Under the pieces are notes generated by a model that searched no databases, had not been told where the DNA came from, and saw nothing but the letters and a program-made list of their open reading frames with translations. This document shows positions 60,738 to 64,000 of a stretch of 64,000 nucleotides of DNA, piece by piece (position 1 is the first letter of the stretch; every line of letters begins with the position of its first letter). The position numbers and the translations under genes are program-made. The DNA is from Promethearchaeota archaeon Loki_b31. Its GTDB lineage: Archaea > Asgardarchaeota > Lokiarchaeia > Sigyniarchaeales > SOKP01. Location of the stretch: NCBI GenBank assembly GCA_005222975.1, contig NJBI01000005.1, positions 32,001 through 96,000 on the forward strand, given 5' to 3'.

Positions 60738-61583
60738 ATGGAAACGGATGATTTTTTTAAATGCTTATCTTGTGGCAAAAAGTTGGGTTTAAAATCAATA
60801 AATGGAGGGACCCAGTGCCCAGATTGTTTGTTAAAATTAGAATTTAAAACGGAAGATTTGGATTACAGAGAAATTAACAAGTATCTTCAAGGTATTTTAA
60901 ATTTTTTTGTTTCAGATGTGAATGCTGCGTTTAATAAAGATCCCGCTGCACGCACCTTAATTGAAGTATTAACAAGTTATCCTGGGATTAAAGCTATATT
61001 ACTATATCGCATAGCGCATTTTTTTTGGAAATTAGGACTACCATACATACCTAGATATATTTCCGGTATCGCACGAGATCTAACGGCCGTAGAAATTCAT
61101 CCAGGAGCAGAAATTGGCAGCGACTTCTTTATAGACCACGGAGCAGGAGTAGTTATAGGGGAAACAGCTGAAGTTGGAAATAATGTAACAATTTACGCAG
61201 GCGTAGTTTTAGGTGGTACTAATTTGGAACAAAAAAAAAGACACCCCACTTTAGGTGATAATGTTGTTGTTGGTACTGGCGCAAAAATTTTAGGACCTAT
61301 TACTCTTGGAGATAACGTGAGAGTTGGGGCGAATTCCGTGGTTGTTAACGATGTACCTTCAAATTGCGTAGTCGTAGGGGTTCCTGCGAAAATTGTTTCG
61401 AAAAAAGGAGAAAAAATCGAAAAAATTGATTTGCGCCACGGTGACCTTCCCGACCCAATTTCAATCGCTATCTCGAGTTTAAATAAAAGAATCAAAGAAT
61501 TAGAGAAATATTTTCCTCATAGTTCGAAACCTACAGAAGACAATATCGAAATATTTTACGGAGAAAATGGTAGTGGAATATAA
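60738..61583 (+). CDS. cysE: Serine O-acetyltransferase with N-terminal Zn-ribbon
   Basis: DPAA, EIHPGA, FIDHG and KRHPTLGD; N-terminal CLSC..CPDC. Confidence 0.92.
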   Translation: METDDFFKCLSCGKKLGLKSINGGTQCPDCLLKLEFKTEDLDYREINKYLQGILNFFVSDVNAAFNKDPAARTLIEVLTSYPGIKAILLYRIAHFFWKLGLPYIPRYISGIARDLTAVEIHPGAEIGSDFFIDHGAGVVIGETAEVGNNVTIYAGVVLGGTNLEQKKRHPTLGDNVVVGTGAKILGPITLGDNVRVGANSVVVNDVPSNCVVVGVPAKIVSKKGEKIEKIDLRHGDLPDPISIAISSLNKRIKELEKYFPHSSKPTEDNIEIFYGENGSGI

Positions 61584-61628
61584 AGTAGAAATTCTTTTTA
61601 ATGATTGTAAAATAAAAAGGTGAATTTA

Positions 61629-62558
61629 ATGGCAAATTATTATAATAATATAGTTGAAGCAATTGGGAAAACGCCCTTAGTGAAATTAAACAGAATCACT
61701 GGAAGTGTTAAGCCAAATGTATTTGTAAAATTGGAGTCTCTTAATCCTGGGGGTAGCGTTAAAGATAGAATTGGAATGAACATGATACAGAAAGCAGAAG
61801 AGGAAGGTCTTATTGATAAAGATACAACCATAGTAGAGCCTACTTCTGGAAATACGGGCATTGGTTTAGCCCTCGTGTGTGCGTCAAAAGGATATAAAAT
61901 AATTTTAGTAATGCCAGAAAGCGTAACTATTGAGAGAGTCCAAATTCTTAAAGCTTATGGTGCTGAAGTGGTTTTAACACCAAAAGAAGGTGGTATGAAA
62001 GGATCAATTTCAAAAGCGGAAGAAATAGCTAAAGAAAAAGGAAAAATTTTCATCCCTCAGCAATTTAAAAACCTAGCAAACCCAGATATACACCGAAAAA
62101 CTACGGCATTAGAGATATTTAACGATTTAGCTGGTCAAGTGGATGGGTTTGTTGCTGGAATAGGAACTGGAGGAACAATAACAGGAGTCGGTGAGGTATT
62201 AAAAGATAGGGTTGGGGCGAGAATGAAGGTTTACGCAGTAGAACCTAAAGATTCTGCGATCCTATCAGGTGGGAAACCAGGGCCTCATAAAATTCAGGGT
62301 ATAGGGGCGGGTTTTATCCCCGAAGTGCTAAATATCAAAATTTACGACAGAATTATAACAGTTGACTACAAAGATGCCAGCGAGACGGCTAGAAAATTAG
62401 CTAGAATGGAGGGAATATTCGTTGGAATTTCAGCAGGAGCTTGCACATGGGCAGCAATTCACGAAGCTTCAAAAGATTTCGTAGAAGGAGAAAATGTCGT
62501 GGCACTCTTACCTGACGGAGGAGAAAAATATCTCTCAACAGAATTGTATCAGTTTTAG
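61629..62558 (+). CDS. cysK: Cysteine synthase A (O-acetylserine sulfhydrylase)
   Basis: NPGGSVKDR, PTSGNTG, GTGGT and HKIQGIG motifs. Confidence 0.95.
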   Translation: MANYYNNIVEAIGKTPLVKLNRITGSVKPNVFVKLESLNPGGSVKDRIGMNMIQKAEEEGLIDKDTTIVEPTSGNTGIGLALVCASKGYKIILVMPESVTIERVQILKAYGAEVVLTPKEGGMKGSISKAEEIAKEKGKIFIPQQFKNLANPDIHRKTTALEIFNDLAGQVDGFVAGIGTGGTITGVGEVLKDRVGARMKVYAVEPKDSAILSGGKPGPHKIQGIGAGFIPEVLNIKIYDRIITVDYKDASETARKLARMEGIFVGISAGACTWAAIHEASKDFVEGENVVALLPDGGEKYLSTELYQF

Positions 62559-62605
62559 GCAAAAAAACTAAATAAATATATAAAAGTAGTTAAAGATTTT
62601 TCATA

Positions 62606-63502
62606 CTATTTTATTTGTGCTGTTTCTATCAACAAAATATCGTAAATTCTTTTCCAATATTCTTCGATGTTCCAATTCAATTTATTTTTAATCTTATCAG
62701 ATAAATCAGTAAATACATCTTTAATCTTTAAAGTGTGAAAATAGTTAATTAATGGAGCGATAATTGCAATCATATATTGTTTTTCTCCAAATCTTTCTTC
62801 TTTATCAGGATACGAATCAAAAAAAAGATAACCACGACTATTTAAATTTTCTATATTTAATAAAACACCTTCAGCCTTAGTGATTTTGTCGTGACCATAA
62901 ATAGAAGTTGCTACCGTAAACAATTGATTTGAAATGTCGTTTAAGGACATGGAAAAATCTTTTTCTTCAGGGTAATAACAATTTAATTCGGGGCCAAACT
63001 TGTCGTCCCAAAAGGTTAGGAATAAACATATAAATTCTCCTTGGTCACTAGTAGCTAGCATCTTCATTTCGATATTCATAGTTGAAAAGACTTCGTCGAT
63101 TTTGTTGTTTAAAGCGTTTACTCTGTTAATACGGGCAATTCTACCAGATAATATAGCTAACAAGTCTTTCTCGTCAAAAGGTTTTGTTAAATAATCGTCT
63201 ACTCCTAGCAACTTTCCAAGCCTAATATCTTTAGGAGTAGTGCGAGCGGAAAGAAACACGAAAGGAATTCGATTCCATCGTGGTTCGTTGGATATCTCTT
63301 TAAAAAATTCATAACCATCCATTTCAGGCATCATTATATCGCTAATGATAATATCAGGAACCTGTTCAAGTTCCGAAAGAACTTTTAGAGCTACTTTTCC
63401 GTTTTTCGCTGTAACTGATTCATAGTTGTTCGATTCTAACATTAAATTTAAATTGTACAACAAATCAACATTATCCTCGACAACAAGAATTAGAGGTTTC
63501 AA
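62606..63502 (-). CDS. Response regulator receiver fused to a uDENN/longin-like C-terminal domain
   Basis: VVED, SDIMMPEMDG, LSA and KPF motifs; C-part CLFLTFWDDKFGPELNCYYPEE. Confidence 0.8.
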   Translation of the reverse strand: MKPLILVVEDNVDLLYNLNLMLESNNYESVTAKNGKVALKVLSELEQVPDIIISDIMMPEMDGYEFFKEISNEPRWNRIPFVFLSARTTPKDIRLGKLLGVDDYLTKPFDEKDLLAILSGRIARINRVNALNNKIDEVFSTMNIEMKMLATSDQGEFICLFLTFWDDKFGPELNCYYPEEKDFSMSLNDISNQLFTVATSIYGHDKITKAEGVLLNIENLNSRGYLFFDSYPDKEERFGEKQYMIAIIAPLINYFHTLKIKDVFTDLSDKIKNKLNWNIEEYWKRIYDILLIETAQIK

Positions 63503-63566
63503 ATCAAATCTAACTGAATTTGTGTTTTTTTAATTATCTATTAGAATTGAATAAGGAGAAATTAGC

Positions 63567-64000
63567 TTATATTCTTTTTTCAATTATCGGAAGAAAAATA
63601 GAAAAAGTTGATCCTTTACCATAATCGCTTTGAGCCCATACTTCGCCACCATGAAGTTTTAATAGCTCTTTCGCTATAGATAATCCTAAACCCGTACCAG
63701 GAATATCGCTTACTTGTTCAGATCTAAAAAATCTTTCAAAAATAGATGGTAAATCTTCTTCCAAAATTCCTACTCCATAGTCTTTAATCTGAAATAAAAC
63801 ACCGTCTTTTTCATCTATGTTGTATTTCCCCTTGTAATAATTAATAGCTCTAATGTCTATTTTATTACTCTCCTTTGAATATTTCATGGCGTTATCGATA
63901 AAAATACGAAATATTTGGTCAATTTTTGTTGAATCCCCATATAATTTAATATTTTTATCTATCTCTACGCTAAAAGTAATATTTTTCGCATTTCCAATAG
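63567..64000 (-). CDS. Histidine kinase C-terminal HATPase domain (partial, starts beyond the window)
   Basis: DQIFRIFIDNAMKYS, DYGVGI, FERFFR and GTGLGL motifs. Confidence 0.9.
   Translation of the reverse strand, partial: IGNAKNITFSVEIDKNIKLYGDSTKIDQIFRIFIDNAMKYSKESNKIDIRAINYYKGKYNIDEKDGVLFQIKDYGVGILEEDLPSIFERFFRSEQVSDIPGTGLGLSIAKELLKLHGGEVWAQSDYGKGSTFSIFLPIIEKRI

Noticed and set aside
4604-63194. Numerous short ORFs antisense to or overlapping long genes (e.g. 4604..4852, 8337..8669, 22333..22635, 30244..30558, 37751..38074, 49370..49747, 61193..61495)
   Set aside because: Shadow frames of well-supported genes, with no motifs of their own.
1-64000. tRNA, rRNA, CRISPR arrays, IS elements
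   Set aside because: No GC-rich structured intergenic segment, regularly spaced repeat or transposase was seen by eye; a covariance-model search was not possible.

Overview
AT-rich archaeal chromosomal window, most consistent with an Asgard archaeon of the Lokiarchaeia type. This is inferred from H4MPT-linked Fwd/Fae, Hdr/Mvh modules, longin-like domains, a multi-PAS kinase and many Zn-ribbon proteins. The most striking element is at 2.9-10.8 kb: two paralogous copies of a three-unit membrane-anchored left-handed beta-helix (LbH) system. It resembles the C1-C2-C3 condensation region of epsilon-poly-L-lysine synthetase (Pls) but has no adenylation or thiolation domain. One copy is split into three genes and runs into a nitrilase and a Zn-dehydrogenase; the other has units 1+2 fused. 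Other contents are a class II ribonucleotide reductase with a 498-aa HNH intein, an mvhG(duplicated FeS domain)-hdrCB unit, an mvhD-ferredoxin-fwdF/D/B/C operon without fwdA, and an MNT-HEPN toxin-antitoxin pair. Further on are 2-oxoacid:ferredoxin oxidoreductase, a DapA-like aldolase fused to Fae, hdrCBA, AOR, cysE-cysK and two-component genes, including a receiver fused to a uDENN/longin-like domain. Several genes are broken (a head-to-head truncation junction near 2.31 kb, one frameshift, two genes with in-frame stops), which may be assembly or amplification artefacts. No rRNA, tRNA, CRISPR array or transposase was recognised.
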